64,000 bases of DNA, from contig CAXXVZ010000003.1 of assembly GCA_963678065.2 (NCBI GenBank), positions 768,001-832,000 of the forward strand, written 5' to 3'. Made by a program: the position numbers and the translations under genes. This document shows positions 31,385 to 41,550 of this stretch, piece by piece. The stretch's first letter is position 1, and the number at the start of each line of letters is the position of its first letter. The stretch comes from Treponemataceae bacterium. GTDB lineage: Bacteria > Spirochaetota > Spirochaetia > Treponematales > Rectinemataceae. The notes below the pieces were generated by a model. The model did no database searches and had not been told where the DNA came from. It saw only the letters and a list, made by a program, of their open reading frames with translations.

Positions 31385-31415
31385 GTACAACATATGGTGC
31401 CACTATATGTTGTAT
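31385..31415. promoter_or_regulatory. Two adjacent NrdR boxes upstream of nrdJ
   Basis: gcaCcAtATgTtGtac (minus) and ccaCtAtATgTtGtat (plus) match the consensus acaCwAtATaTwGtgt. Confidence 0.8.
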
Positions 31416-31463
31416 ATGCAAGACTTGACACCACTAGGAAAACCGGTGTCCGGAGGAAAGAGA

Positions 31464-34400
31464 TTGAAATTTGAGCGTCATTTTACCACGACGGAATCAG
31501 GCCCCTACGCGGGCATAAGCTGGGAAGCGCGGACAAGCGAGATCCGCAACCCTGACGGCAAATCGGTCTACAAGATGTCGGGCGCCATCGTGCCCTCGTT
31601 CTGGAGCCAGATAGCCACGGACATAATCTCGCAGAAATACTTCCGCAAGGCGGGGATCCCGGAGGACAAAGCCTGCGCCTGGGAAGAGTACCTGCCCGAA
31701 AACCAGAGATCCTGCGGCGCGAACGCAGGAAAGCCCGGCGCGGAATATGATGCCCGTCAGGTCTTCCACAGGCTCGCCCACACCTGGCGCGTTTGGGGGG
31801 AGAGCGCGGGCTATTTCGACAGCGCAGAAGACGCGAGGGTCTTCTACGAAGAACTGCTCTACATGCTCGCGCACCAGATGGCCGCGCCCAACAGCCCCCA
31901 GTGGTTCAACACGGGTCTCTACGCTGTCTACGGCATCGAGGGACCGCCTCAGGGGCATTTCTACGTCGACCCCGCCACGGGCGAGGTCACCAAGTCCGCC
32001 TCCGCTTACGCCCGGCCACAGCCCCACGCATGCTTCATTCTCGATGTCGAGGACGACCTCGTGAACGACGGCGGCATCATGGATCTCGTCACCCGCGAGG
32101 CCAGACTCTTCAAGTACGGCTCGGGGACAGGTTCCAACTTCTCGAAGATCCGCGCCCTCAACGAGACACTCTCGGGCGGCGGAGTCTCCTCCGGCCTCCT
32201 CTCCTTCCTGAAAATCGGCGACCGCTCCGCCAGCGCCATCAAGTCCGGCGGCACGACCCGCCGCGCGGCCAAGATGGTGACACTCGACGCCGACCACCCC
32301 GACATCGAGTCCTACGTCGGCTGGAAGGCAGAAGAAGAGTACAAGGTTGCCTGCCTCGCCGCAGGCAGCGCCCTCATCGTGACCCGCGCGGCCGAAATCC
32401 GGAGCGCCATCGAATCCCCGGGGCTCTCAGGCACGGAACGCTTCCTCCCCGAAACCAATCCGGCCCTGAGGATGGCCATCCGCTCGGCCCTCCGCTCCGG
32501 CGTCCCCGCGGCATACATCCACCACCTCATCTCCGCCTACCGCCAGGGCGACGGCATGGTCGACCTTCCCGTCTACACGACAGCATGGGAAGGCGAGGCC
32601 TACAACACGATTTCTGGACAGTCCTCCAACAACTCTGTCCGCGTCGACAACCGCTTCATGCAGGCCGTCCAGGACAACGGAGACTGGGAACTGAGGCGCC
32701 GCACGGACGGCACGGTCATGCGCACCATAAAAGCGCGCCAGCTCTGGGACAAGATTGCCAAATCGGCCTGGATCTGCGCAGATCCGGGGCTCCAGTTCCA
32801 CGGGACCATCAACGAGTGGCACACCTGCCCGACGGACGGGTCCATCCGCGCATCCAATCCCTGCTCCGAATACATGTTCCTCGACGATACGGCCTGCAAC
32901 CTCGCCTCCCTCAACCTCCTTGCGTTCTACGACAAGAAGTCGGGTATCTTCGACGACGAGGCCTACCGTCACGCTACGCGGCTCTGGACTACCGTCCTCG
33001 AAATCTCCGTCGTCATGGCGCAGTTCCCCTCGCGGGAAATCGCCCGCAAGAGTTACGATTACCGGACCCTGGGACTCGGATTCGCCAATCTCGGGACCCT
33101 CCTCATGGTCATGGGCCTCGCCTACGACTCCGACGAGGGGCGCGGCGTCGCGGCGGGGCTCGCGGCCATCCTCACGGGCGAAGCCTACGCCCAGTCCGCC
33201 CGCATGGCCGCGGAGTGGGGGGCCTTCGCCCGCTACGAGGCCAACAGGGAATCCATGCTCGCCGTCATCCGCAACCACAGACGGGCCGCCTACGACAGGC
33301 CCGAGGCGGAGTACGAGAACCTCACCATAAAGCCCAACGCCCTCAAGGAATGGGCCTGCCCCGCCAACCTCGTCGCCGCGGCCCGGGACGCCTGGGACCA
33401 GGCGCTGAAGCTCGGCGAGGCGGAGGGATACCGCAACGCCCAGGTCACCGCGATCGCCCCGACAGGCACCATCGGACTCCTCATGGACTGTGACACGACC
33501 GGCGTCGAACCCGATTTCGCCCTCGTCAAGTTCAAGAAACTGGCCGGGGGAGGTTACTTCAAGATCATCAATGCCTCGGTTCCGCCCGCCCTCGAGGCCC
33601 TCGGCTACGCTCCCGCAGAGATCGAGAGCATCCTCTTCTACGCCCTCGGCCACGGCACACTGGAGGGAGCTCCCGGAATCTCCCTCGCCGATCTTGCGGC
33701 AAAAGCCCTCTCCCCCGCCATCCTCGCCAAGACCGAGGCCGCGATCAAGGACGCGATCAGTATCGAGAGCTGCTTCGCTCCCCACATCGTCGGAGCGGAG
33801 GGATTCGCGTCGCTCGGCATTCCGGAAGCCACCTGGAAACAGCCGGGTTTCAGTCTCCTCAAACATCTCGGATACTCCGAGGAGACCATCGCGGCCGCCG
33901 AGCTCTACACCTGCGGGGCAATGGGACTCGAAGGAGCACCCGGCCTCAAGCCTGAGGATCTTCCCGTCTTCGACACGGCCACGCCTTCCGGCAAAAAGGG
34001 CACACGCTCCATCCAGTGGCAGGCGCACATCGCCATGATGGCCGCCGTCCAGCCCTTCGTCACCGGAGCCATCTCCAAGACCATCAACATGCCGAACACG
34101 GCCACCTACGAGGAAGTGAAGGGCGCCTACATGCTGGCCTGGAAATCGATGCTGAAATCCATCGCCCTCTACAGGGACGGATCCAAGCTCTCCCAGCCGC
34201 TCTCGGCCCTCGCACCCGGAACCGACCTCGTCGCCGACTCCATCGTCTCCCTCCAGACGGAAGGTCTCGACGAGCCGGAAGAGGAAGCGAAACCCGCCGC
34301 GAAGGCGCCGGAGCGCAGCGACGCGCTCCGGCAGCCCGAGCCCGAATTGCCGGGCATGCCCAAGGCGCCCCGGGGCATACGCCGCGCCCTTCCCAACCGG

Positions 34401-35018
34401 AGAGCAGGCTACACCCAGAAGGCCAAGATCGGCGGACACTCTGTGTTCGTCAGGACGGGCGAATACGAGGATGGCGGCCTCGGCGAGATATTCCTCGACA
34501 TGCACAAGGAAGGCGCAGCCTTCCGCAGCATCCTCAACTCCTTCGCCATCGCGGTCTCTCTCGGCCTCCAGTACGGTGTCCCCCTCGAAGAATACATGGA
34601 CGCCTTCACCTTCACCAAATTCGAGCCCAACGGCATGGTCCAGGGCCACGACTACATCAAGATGGCCTCGAGCGTCCTGGACTTCATCTTCCGCGATCTC
34701 GGGATCTCCTACCTGGACCGCCACGACCTCGGGCAGGTGAAGCCGGAGGATGTGGATATCGCCTCTCCCCAGAACAAATCCGCGCCGAAACCCGTGATGC
34801 TCGCCTTCGAGAATGGACGGGTGCACGCCCCCGCAAAACCTCAAGCCGAGAGCTCCCAGGCCAAGGCCGCCCTGAACGCGGCGAGAGAGAGCACACGCAC
34901 GGCGAGGCTCAAGGGCTACGAGGGCGACCCCTGCCCTGTCTGCGGTCACATGACACTGGTCCGCAACGGCACCTGCCTCAAGTGCGAGACCTGCGGCAGC
35001 ACGACCGGGTGTAGCTGA
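31464..35018 (+). CDS. nrdJ: Class II (B12-dependent) ribonucleotide reductase with TSCPD and C-terminal Cys cluster
   Basis: [39 protein letters not shown]...CETCG...GCS; TTG start 7 nt after ggagg gives MKFERHFT. Confidence 0.95.
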   Translation: MKFERHFTTTESGPYAGISWEARTSEIRNPDGKSVYKMSGAIVPSFWSQIATDIISQKYFRKAGIPEDKACAWEEYLPENQRSCGANAGKPGAEYDARQVFHRLAHTWRVWGESAGYFDSAEDARVFYEELLYMLAHQMAAPNSPQWFNTGLYAVYGIEGPPQGHFYVDPATGEVTKSASAYARPQPHACFILDVEDDLVNDGGIMDLVTREARLFKYGSGTGSNFSKIRALNETLSGGGVSSGLLSFLKIGDRSASAIKSGGTTRRAAKMVTLDADHPDIESYVGWKAEEEYKVACLAAGSALIVTRAAEIRSAIESPGLSGTERFLPETNPALRMAIRSALRSGVPAAYIHHLISAYRQGDGMVDLPVYTTAWEGEAYNTISGQSSNNSVRVDNRFMQAVQDNGDWELRRRTDGTVMRTIKARQLWDKIAKSAWICADPGLQFHGTINEWHTCPTDGSIRASNPCSEYMFLDDTACNLASLNLLAFYDKKSGIFDDEAYRHATRLWTTVLEISVVMAQFPSREIARKSYDYRTLGLGFANLGTLLMVMGLAYDSDEGRGVAAGLAAILTGEAYAQSARMAAEWGAFARYEANRESMLAVIRNHRRAAYDRPEAEYENLTIKPNALKEWACPANLVAAARDAWDQALKLGEAEGYRNAQVTAIAPTGTIGLLMDCDTTGVEPDFALVKFKKLAGGGYFKIINASVPPALEALGYAPAEIESILFYALGHGTLEGAPGISLADLAAKALSPAILAKTEAAIKDAISIESCFAPHIVGAEGFASLGIPEATWKQPGFSLLKHLGYSEETIAAAELYTCGAMGLEGAPGLKPEDLPVFDTATPSGKKGTRSIQWQAHIAMMAAVQPFVTGAISKTINMPNTATYEEVKGAYMLAWKSMLKSIALYRDGSKLSQPLSALAPGTDLVADSIVSLQTEGLDEPEEEAKPAAKAPERSDALRQPEPELPGMPKAPRGIRRALPNRRAGYTQKAKIGGHSVFVRTGEYEDGGLGEIFLDMHKEGAAFRSILNSFAIAVSLGLQYGVPLEEYMDAFTFTKFEPNGMVQGHDYIKMASSVLDFIFRDLGISYLDRHDLGQVKPEDVDIASPQNKSAPKPVMLAFENGRVHAPAKPQAESSQAKAALNAARESTRTARLKGYEGDPCPVCGHMTLVRNGTCLKCETCGSTTGCS

Positions 35019-35020
35019 AT

Positions 35021-35056
35021 AAAAAGAGGAGCCGGTTCGTTCCGGCTCCTCTTTTT
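35021..35056. terminator. Bidirectional intrinsic terminator
   Basis: aaaaagaggagccgg-ttcgtt-ccggctcctcttttt. Confidence 0.92.
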
Positions 35057-35148
35057 ATGGCGAATGTCGCTGTAGCCGAATCGGGACGGGTCGCGGCTGA
35101 AACCGGGCAGGCAGGCCTTCGGGACGACCTGAAAGCCGCGCTTCAGGC

Positions 35149-36393
35149 TCAGAGGTTCTCCCGCTCGACAGGCATGGTCATGCAGCGCGCGCCGCCGCCG
35201 CCGCGTGCAAGCTCTATCCCCTCGAATGTGACGACGAGCCTTCCGAAGGACGATGTCTTTTCGCCGCCTGAGATGAAGTCCGAGGCGGTGCGCAGGGCGA
35301 AGCCCCGCTCCGAAAGGGCATCCACCGTCCTTGAGTTGCAGGAATACATCACGATCTGGCCGGGCGCGAAGGCGAAGGAGTTGGCCCCCGACCACCACTG
35401 CTCGCGTTCCTGGAAGAGGCTGTCGCCCGAGCCGCAGCGGATGGGTTCGAGGTCGACGCCCTCGGACTTGAGTCCCTCGATGAGACCCGGCACCTCGGTC
35501 ATAGCCACCTCGCCCGAACTCCGGGCCTCGACCCTGATGACGCGCGCCTTGTTGCGGTCCAATATCACTGGCGCATAGACGAGGGCTGCGTCTCTATCGA
35601 TCACGGTGAAGACCATGTCGAGATGGATAGTCGCCCTCTCTTTCGGCAGAAGGACGGCGAACAGGGTCATGGGCTCGTCGAAGGATCTTGCCGCGCTGAC
35701 CGCGAGGCGCTGGACGGCGTCTGGCGTCGTACGCTCCGAAATCCCCATGGCCAGGACCCGGGGCGAAATCACGATGACGTCCCCGCCTTCCAGGGTCATG
35801 AAGCGGTTCCGCTCGCGCGGTCCGTCGAAGAGGAGCCCGCGTGCGAGAAAATCCGGATGATGGCGGAAAATGAAGCGCGTGACGAGCGACTCGATGAGCC
35901 TGACGTCGAAGGCCGTCGCGCAGGAAATAGCGCAGTCCCGGAACACGGCGGCCGAATCCCGCATGAAGTAGGCGTTGGGCAGGGGTCTCACGGAGAAGCT
36001 GTGGGGATTCAAGGCAGAGGCGAGGCTGCCGGCCGGAGCCGGGATGCCCTGGATGATGCCCCGGGCGAGCCTGTCCGGGGCCATGGACATCAACTCGTCG
36101 ATGCGGTCTCCGATAGGGCAGAGCCCCGCCAGCGTCGACAGAAACTCGAGGCGGTCGCCCGTATTTGCCAGAGTCTGGGCGAGGAGTTCAGACACTTCGT
36201 AGGTCTTCGCGACGGTATCGAGGAAGGCTTTCAGCCTGTCGTACTCGCCCCGGACGGCGGAGAGGGGAATGATATCGTTGTACAGGTCCTGCTCCGCCTC
36301 CTTCGGCGTCATGGCCTCGATCTCGGGGCCGGGGCTGTGGAGGATGACGCGTTTCAGGGTTCCGATTTCGCTCGTGATGTTCAGACTCGACAT
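35149..36393 (-). CDS. arcA: Arginine deiminase
   Basis: SEIGTLKRVILHSPG, PLPNAYFMRD, LEGGD, IHLDMV, ELARGGGGARCMTMP. Confidence 0.93.
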   Translation of the reverse strand: MSSLNITSEIGTLKRVILHSPGPEIEAMTPKEAEQDLYNDIIPLSAVRGEYDRLKAFLDTVAKTYEVSELLAQTLANTGDRLEFLSTLAGLCPIGDRIDELMSMAPDRLARGIIQGIPAPAGSLASALNPHSFSVRPLPNAYFMRDSAAVFRDCAISCATAFDVRLIESLVTRFIFRHHPDFLARGLLFDGPRERNRFMTLEGGDVIVISPRVLAMGISERTTPDAVQRLAVSAARSFDEPMTLFAVLLPKERATIHLDMVFTVIDRDAALVYAPVILDRNKARVIRVEARSSGEVAMTEVPGLIEGLKSEGVDLEPIRCGSGDSLFQEREQWWSGANSFAFAPGQIVMYSCNSRTVDALSERGFALRTASDFISGGEKTSSFGRLVVTFEGIELARGGGGARCMTMPVERENL

Positions 36394-36570
36394 GACCGAA
36401 CTATGCACACTTTTTCCGAAAAAATCTCTACCTCGCCTCTCGCGCGCTAAATGCAAGAATATCGAAACCTCGGAGCCCATTCGGTATCCAGACCGGATAC
36501 TCGAGGCAATTCCCTGCATATTGATTCAGAAACAGGCAAAAACGGCGGTTTTGTCCCGAAAAAAAGATTC

Positions 36571-36599
36571 TTGACAGCGAATTTTCACCCTCCTAAGAT
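36571..36599 (+). promoter_or_regulatory. Putative sigma70 promoter
   Basis: TTGACA-17 bp-TAAGAT upstream of the 36690 ORF. Confidence 0.6.
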
Positions 36600-36689
36600 G
36601 AAACTGCAGCGCAAACAGGGTGAGAATCTCCAGTTCGTGAACGCCACGTTTATGTCTGCCAGACAGGATAGTGCAAAAGGATGGTCTTC

Positions 36690-38024
36690 ATGGCGAGAAG
36701 AAGAATTATCATCATCGGTGCCGCCGGACGCGATTTCCACAACTTCAACACGCGATTCAGGGATAATGAGGATTTCGAGGTGCTCGCCTTCACGGCAGCC
36801 CAGATTCCCGACATCGACGGCAGGAAATACCCCGCCGAACTCGCAGGCAGTCTCTATCCTGACGGGATTCCCATCCACGCGGAATCCGAGCTTTCGAAGC
36901 TCATCTCTGAGTTGATGGTCGACGAATGCGTCTTCGCCTACTCGGATGTCCCCTACCAGCACGTCATGGGGATGTCGGCCATCGTCAACGCGGCAGGTGC
37001 ATCCTTCACCCTCCTCGGGCCGACGGATACCCAGATCAGGTCGACAAAGCCCGTCATCGCCGTAGGCGCCGTGCGCACAGGCGCGGGCAAGAGCCAGACT
37101 TCGCGCAAGATCGTGCAGATGCTGATGGCCAAAGGGCTCAAGGTGGTGGCCATCCGCCATCCGATGCCTTACGGAGACCTTGTCGCGCAGAAGGTCCAGC
37201 GCTTCGCGACAGTGGAGGACCTGAAGAAACACAGGTGCACCATCGAGGAGATGGAAGAGTATGAGCCCCATGTCGTGCGCGGGAATGTCATCTACGCCGG
37301 CGTGGACTACGAGGCCATCCTCCGCGAGGCCGAGAAGGAAGCGGACGTCATCCTCTGGGATGGCGGCAACAACGACTTCCCCTTCTACAAGCCCGACCTC
37401 ATGATCACGGTCGCCGATCCCCACCGCCCTGGCAACGAAGTCTCCTTCTATCCCGGCGAGGCCACCCTCCGCATGGCCGACGTCGTCATCATCAACAAGA
37501 TAGACACCGCATCCCCGGAAAATATCCAGACCGTGCGCGAGAATATCGCCAGGGTCAATCCCGGCGCCACCGTCATCGACGCCGCCTCCCCCATCACGGT
37601 GGACCGACCCGAACTCATCAAAGGCAAGCGCGTGCTCTGTGTCGAGGACGGCCCCACCCTCACCCACGGCCACATGAAGATCGGCGCGGGCGTCGTCGCG
37701 GCCCGCAAGTTCGGCGCGCGCGAAATCGTCGATCCCCGCCCCTTCGCCGTCGGAAAACTCGCAGCCACGTTCAGGATCTATCCGAACATCGGCACCCTCT
37801 TGCCGGCCATGGGCTACGGCGAGGAACAGGTGCGCGACCTCGAGGCGACAATCGCAGAGACCGACTGCGACACAGTACTCATCGCCACGCCCATCGATCT
37901 CAACCGGATACTGAAGATCGATAAACCCACGGTCAAAGTCGGCTATGATCTCCAGGAGATCGGTTCACCCAACCTCGACGAAGTCCTCGCAGATTTCATC
38001 CGGAAATTCGATCTCGCGAGGTGA
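36690..38024 (+). CDS. arcE: CpgS-like P-loop NTPase (COG2403), probable arginine synthetase ArcE
   Basis: GAAGRDFHNFN, TAAQIP, RTGAGKSQ, RHPMPYGDL, WDGGNND, EDGPTLTHG, LPAMGY; divergent from arcA. Confidence 0.7.
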   Translation: MARRRIIIIGAAGRDFHNFNTRFRDNEDFEVLAFTAAQIPDIDGRKYPAELAGSLYPDGIPIHAESELSKLISELMVDECVFAYSDVPYQHVMGMSAIVNAAGASFTLLGPTDTQIRSTKPVIAVGAVRTGAGKSQTSRKIVQMLMAKGLKVVAIRHPMPYGDLVAQKVQRFATVEDLKKHRCTIEEMEEYEPHVVRGNVIYAGVDYEAILREAEKEADVILWDGGNNDFPFYKPDLMITVADPHRPGNEVSFYPGEATLRMADVVIINKIDTASPENIQTVRENIARVNPGATVIDAASPITVDRPELIKGKRVLCVEDGPTLTHGHMKIGAGVVAARKFGAREIVDPRPFAVGKLAATFRIYPNIGTLLPAMGYGEEQVRDLEATIAETDCDTVLIATPIDLNRILKIDKPTVKVGYDLQEIGSPNLDEVLADFIRKFDLAR

Positions 38025-38045
38025 TGCGCCTCCACGGTGACAACA

Positions 38046-38095
38046 GAATTGTCAAGCATCCTCGGATGCCGATTTCTCAGGATGCTTGACAATTC
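38046..38095. repeat. 17-bp perfect inverted repeat overlapping the TTGACA upstream of tRNA-Gly
   Basis: gaattgtcaagcatcct ... aggatgcttgacaattc, 16-nt spacer. Confidence 0.85.
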
Positions 38096-38146
38096 GGCCC
38101 GAAAAAGTATACCGTAGTTCTGGTCGCGTTCGCGACCTTCATCGAT

Positions 38147-38218
38147 GCGACCGTCGTATAACGGCTATTACCCCAGCCTTCCAAGCTGGAGACGTGGGTT
38201 CGACTCCCATCGGTCGCT
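38147..38218 (+). tRNA. tRNA-Gly (TCC), CCA not encoded; likely integration site
   Basis: gcgaccg...ccagc-ct-TCC-aa-gctgg...gtgggttcgactcccat cggtcgc t cloverleaf; AT-rich sequence and integrase follow. Confidence 0.95.
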
Positions 38219-38328
38219 TAAAAATATATCATTATATCGCAAGTAATTGCGATCTGGTCAACCGAAAACGGAGACCGACATTCAACCACTGTTACCGGAT
38301 TGGTTACTAATCTGGCGAAGGGGAAAAA

Positions 38329-39579
38329 ATGCGGGCTCCGTTTTCTATTTTCAAACGCGAAAAATCGGGGAAAGTCGTCTATTGTGTGCGATTTTTCGCA
38401 GATGATGGCTCTATTGTAAAAACCGTTTCCCTGCATTCAGCCAAAAACCGGACAGCGGCCTCCAGGATGGCTCAGGCACTCCTCCTCAAAGATGGCATCC
38501 CGGTTTCTAGACAAGACAACCCTCCCGCGCTCGACTACTTGAAAGCCTTCTGGTCCATCGATTCCGATTACTACCTGTCGCGCTCCCTTCGGGGAGTGAA
38601 AATCTCAGCCCGCTATGTTGCTGAATCGTGGCGGGTCATCCACAACCACGGAGAATCCTTTCTCAAGGGAAAACGTTTCTATGACATCTCTCCTCTCCTT
38701 CTGGAAAAAATAGTGCGGGACCTGAGTCGTGCGGGAAAGGGACCACGGGTCATCAACCGACTTTTGCAGGCGATAAAGGTTCCCTATGCCGATTACTGCC
38801 GGCTGCACCGCCTGCCCAATCCACTCACTGCGGTGCTCAAACTACGCGAAAATCCTCTGGAACGTGGCTCCCTCACTCGTGATGAAGTCTCCGGCATGAT
38901 TGCATTTAAGGATATCAATCCTCGGGTGTACGCGGCATTCCTCTGCGGATCCCTTCTCGGCATGCGCATGGGGGAGGTCCGCGGGCTCGAATGGGGCGAT
39001 ATTGATGAAAAACGGAACCTTGTGCACATTCGCCACAACTGGGTTGAATCCAGTGAAGGCACAAAAGAGCCGAAATGGGGTAGCAGCAGGGATGTTCCGC
39101 TTCCTTCCATAGTCCTCAATGCTCTTCGTACTCTCGGGGAAATCTGTCCCCAAAAATATGCTGGCAGGTTTGTATTTTTCAATCAGACTACTAGGGAGCA
39201 TCCGATTTCCTCCCAATTCATGCAGACAGGTTTCAGGGAAATGCTGGACAGGTTTGGGATTGATGCGGATATGCGGGCTACCCGGAATATCTCCTTTCAT
39301 AGTTTGCGCCATACCTTCATCAGCCTTTCCCGTGCCGCAGGTGTCTCCGACTTCACTATACAACAGCTCGCAGGGCACTCGACTATTCAGATGACTGACA
39401 GGTACTCACACTCGAACGTGGTAGACTTTGCCGATGCCTGCCGGAAACTGGAAACAAGCTTGAAAGCGAAAGTGGTATCGCTTCCTGAAGATGCTGATGA
39501 CAAACGGCTTGCCGAACTCGAAGCCGAACTCGCCTCGCTCCATAGAAAAAAAGAACTTCGTACAGTCAATAGTGTATAA
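38329..39579 (+). CDS. Tyrosine recombinase / phage integrase
   Basis: GMRMGE (R), PKWG (K), FHSLRH (HxxR), LAGH, DRYSH (Y) all present. Confidence 0.93.
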   Translation: MRAPFSIFKREKSGKVVYCVRFFADDGSIVKTVSLHSAKNRTAASRMAQALLLKDGIPVSRQDNPPALDYLKAFWSIDSDYYLSRSLRGVKISARYVAESWRVIHNHGESFLKGKRFYDISPLLLEKIVRDLSRAGKGPRVINRLLQAIKVPYADYCRLHRLPNPLTAVLKLRENPLERGSLTRDEVSGMIAFKDINPRVYAAFLCGSLLGMRMGEVRGLEWGDIDEKRNLVHIRHNWVESSEGTKEPKWGSSRDVPLPSIVLNALRTLGEICPQKYAGRFVFFNQTTREHPISSQFMQTGFREMLDRFGIDADMRATRNISFHSLRHTFISLSRAAGVSDFTIQQLAGHSTIQMTDRYSHSNVVDFADACRKLETSLKAKVVSLPEDADDKRLAELEAELASLHRKKELRTVNSV

Positions 39580-39924
39580 AATTTGTGAAAGCCTCAGGGA
39601 TTCCTCTGAGACTTTCCTTTTTTCTGGAACTTCACGCCTTCCTAATGATCGCATTTGATAATGAAGAAACTATATCGCTCAAGGGAGTGGGGCTCATTTT
39701 CAGCCTGAGCGATTTCCAGGATGTGTCTTTGATCGTGAAAGGTGATACTAGAGTGGATTTTCGCAATTACTACACACTGTGACTGCAAATAATCATATTA
39801 AGATTACAAAAATGGCAAAAACAAATATACATTTACACCTTATACATTTATATTATTTTAAAGTTTTCTTGACTATTTGTTTTCCATGAATTATGATAAT
39901 TACATACTATACATGGAGGTACGT

Positions 39925-40689
39925 ATGAATAAAGAGAACCGGGCAAGATATCTAAAGACCAAGAAAAAGTGTAAATCTATTTCTGATGAAGCCAGATTCA
40001 AGCGTTCACATGGGTATACGGTTGCAGAGGATATACTACAACGTTCCAGTAGGAAAACCTTGGTTTACAAAGAATTTATTTCCCCGAAGGGTCTACCAAA
40101 TGAACCGATTGTGATTGTCCAGGGCGATCAAGTCTCCCAATTCTACAATGTCAGTACCTGGATGGGGGACGATCCAAAATGGCATATTGTCGCACGTCTT
40201 TTACAGCGGAAGGACCGGCATACTACCTGGTACAAGCGCATGCGAGTTGATAGGGATGGGAATCTCTGGATGAAACCTGGTCAATTCTGGCGAGTATTTG
40301 ATGATGTGAGCAAAGAGGCAGTGAATGCCGATTTGATCATGAAAATGGCTACGGTACTGGAAACGAAGGGGTACAAGCCGAAAACTATCAAAGGCTATGT
40401 GACAGCGATCAAAGCGTTTTCCGAATCGCTCAGGCTGAAAACCTTACAGGACGTTCGCGCTGATGATGTGATTGTCTACCTGACAGGGATTGAAAACACA
40501 TCGCTTTCTTTAACAGCGAAGAACCGAACCGTATGCGCACTACAATTCTTTTTTTCGTGGACCCTCGGGACTCCGCTCGTATTCCCGAAACCTCCTCGGC
40601 ATGGCGGGGAACGTGTGAACGTGTCACAGAGTGTGGCACGGATACGCAAGCCGCTTCCCTCACCTTCCCCGCTCAACGTTTTCATCTGA
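39925..40689 (+). CDS. Protein with C-terminal integrase N-terminal SAM-like domain, no catalytic domain
   Basis: GYKPKTIKGY...DVIVYL...TAKNRTVCALQFFF matches the Phage_int_SAM_4 pattern; ggaggt RBS. Confidence 0.6.
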   Translation: MNKENRARYLKTKKKCKSISDEARFKRSHGYTVAEDILQRSSRKTLVYKEFISPKGLPNEPIVIVQGDQVSQFYNVSTWMGDDPKWHIVARLLQRKDRHTTWYKRMRVDRDGNLWMKPGQFWRVFDDVSKEAVNADLIMKMATVLETKGYKPKTIKGYVTAIKAFSESLRLKTLQDVRADDVIVYLTGIENTSLSLTAKNRTVCALQFFFSWTLGTPLVFPKPPRHGGERVNVSQSVARIRKPLPSPSPLNVFI

Positions 40690-41154
40690 ATTTGTCCAGT
40701 GTGGGACAAAACGAAACGAGATCCGCGAATACCAGGTATGCCGCTACTGACAACAATCATGAGAGGTCAATGATGGCTTCGCTGCTCTATTAGGAAAGCG
40801 CGCCCGCCGAATGGATGAGCTGGAGCCCGCTATAAACGGGCGGATGCTCATCCATGACTGCGGGCGGATCACGGCCCGATGCTGGCCCGGGCCGTGATCT
40901 TTAGCACATGCCCACCAACCAAGCCCACACACACTCAGAACAGGCCCGGGCTCTGAAAGCACGCTCTTTCTGACCGGAAGGATATCGAACACTCGTCTGA
41001 ATGAAGCTAGGGCGGGAATGTCGGACAGCAGTATGTACCCCCTTCTTTCCACCCACTTGTGTGAATATTTATGAATTTTAATGCTAGGCAGTATTACTAT
41101 TTCATAGCATATTCCCTTATAAATCCTGATAAACAGGACGGAACAGGAGGGTTG

Positions 41155-41550
41155 GTGGAGACGAAGAAGCGGGGCAAGTTTGTGAAAGGCCAGTCGGGAA
41201 ATCCAGCGGGAAGACCAAAATCAGGCGATGCTGTGACTGATTTGTTCCGCAAATACTTGGGCAAAAAGGAAAAGGGAGACCGTGTAACACGCAAGCAGAG
41301 GCTGGTAGAGGAACTCTACCAGAGGGCGCTCGGAAGGACGATCGTGGATGGGGATGGTAAGACTGTGAGAATTCCGGGCTCGGATGAGATTCTAAAATAT
41401 ATCGTGAACAGGCTGGATGGGATGCCGAAACAGGCGGTGGATTTGGATGCGCTGATGCATTCGGATGACTCGCTGACGGTGTTCATTGGAAAGAAGCCGG
41501 AGGAGTCTGATGGGGAGAAGGAGGGCTGTGGGGGTGTAAGTGGAGCTTAG
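41155..41550 (+). CDS. Probable terminase small subunit (DUF5681-like)
   Basis: GKFVKGQSGNPAGRPK motif, aggagg RBS, overlaps terL start. Confidence 0.7.
   Translation: METKKRGKFVKGQSGNPAGRPKSGDAVTDLFRKYLGKKEKGDRVTRKQRLVEELYQRALGRTIVDGDGKTVRIPGSDEILKYIVNRLDGMPKQAVDLDALMHSDDSLTVFIGKKPEESDGEKEGCGGVSGA

Noticed and set aside
31341..31463. N-terminal extension of nrdJ to 31341 or 31416
   Set aside because: It overlaps or abuts the NrdR boxes; TTG at 31464 has a good RBS and gives a typical NrdJ N-terminus.
31464..35018. Intein in nrdJ
   Set aside because: No intein terminal motifs or LAGLIDADG seen; the length fits the long TSCPD-containing NrdJ subclass.
325..38024. Long antisense or alternate-frame ORFs (e.g. 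748-2745, 4764-6620, 14339-15850, 32427-34949, 36585-37673)
   Set aside because: Shadows of real genes caused by high-GC codon bias; no motifs.
38329..39579. Integrase as the integron integrase for the array
   Set aside because: Phage/ICE-type layout next to a tRNA, and no IntI-specific insertion is evident before the HxxR motif.
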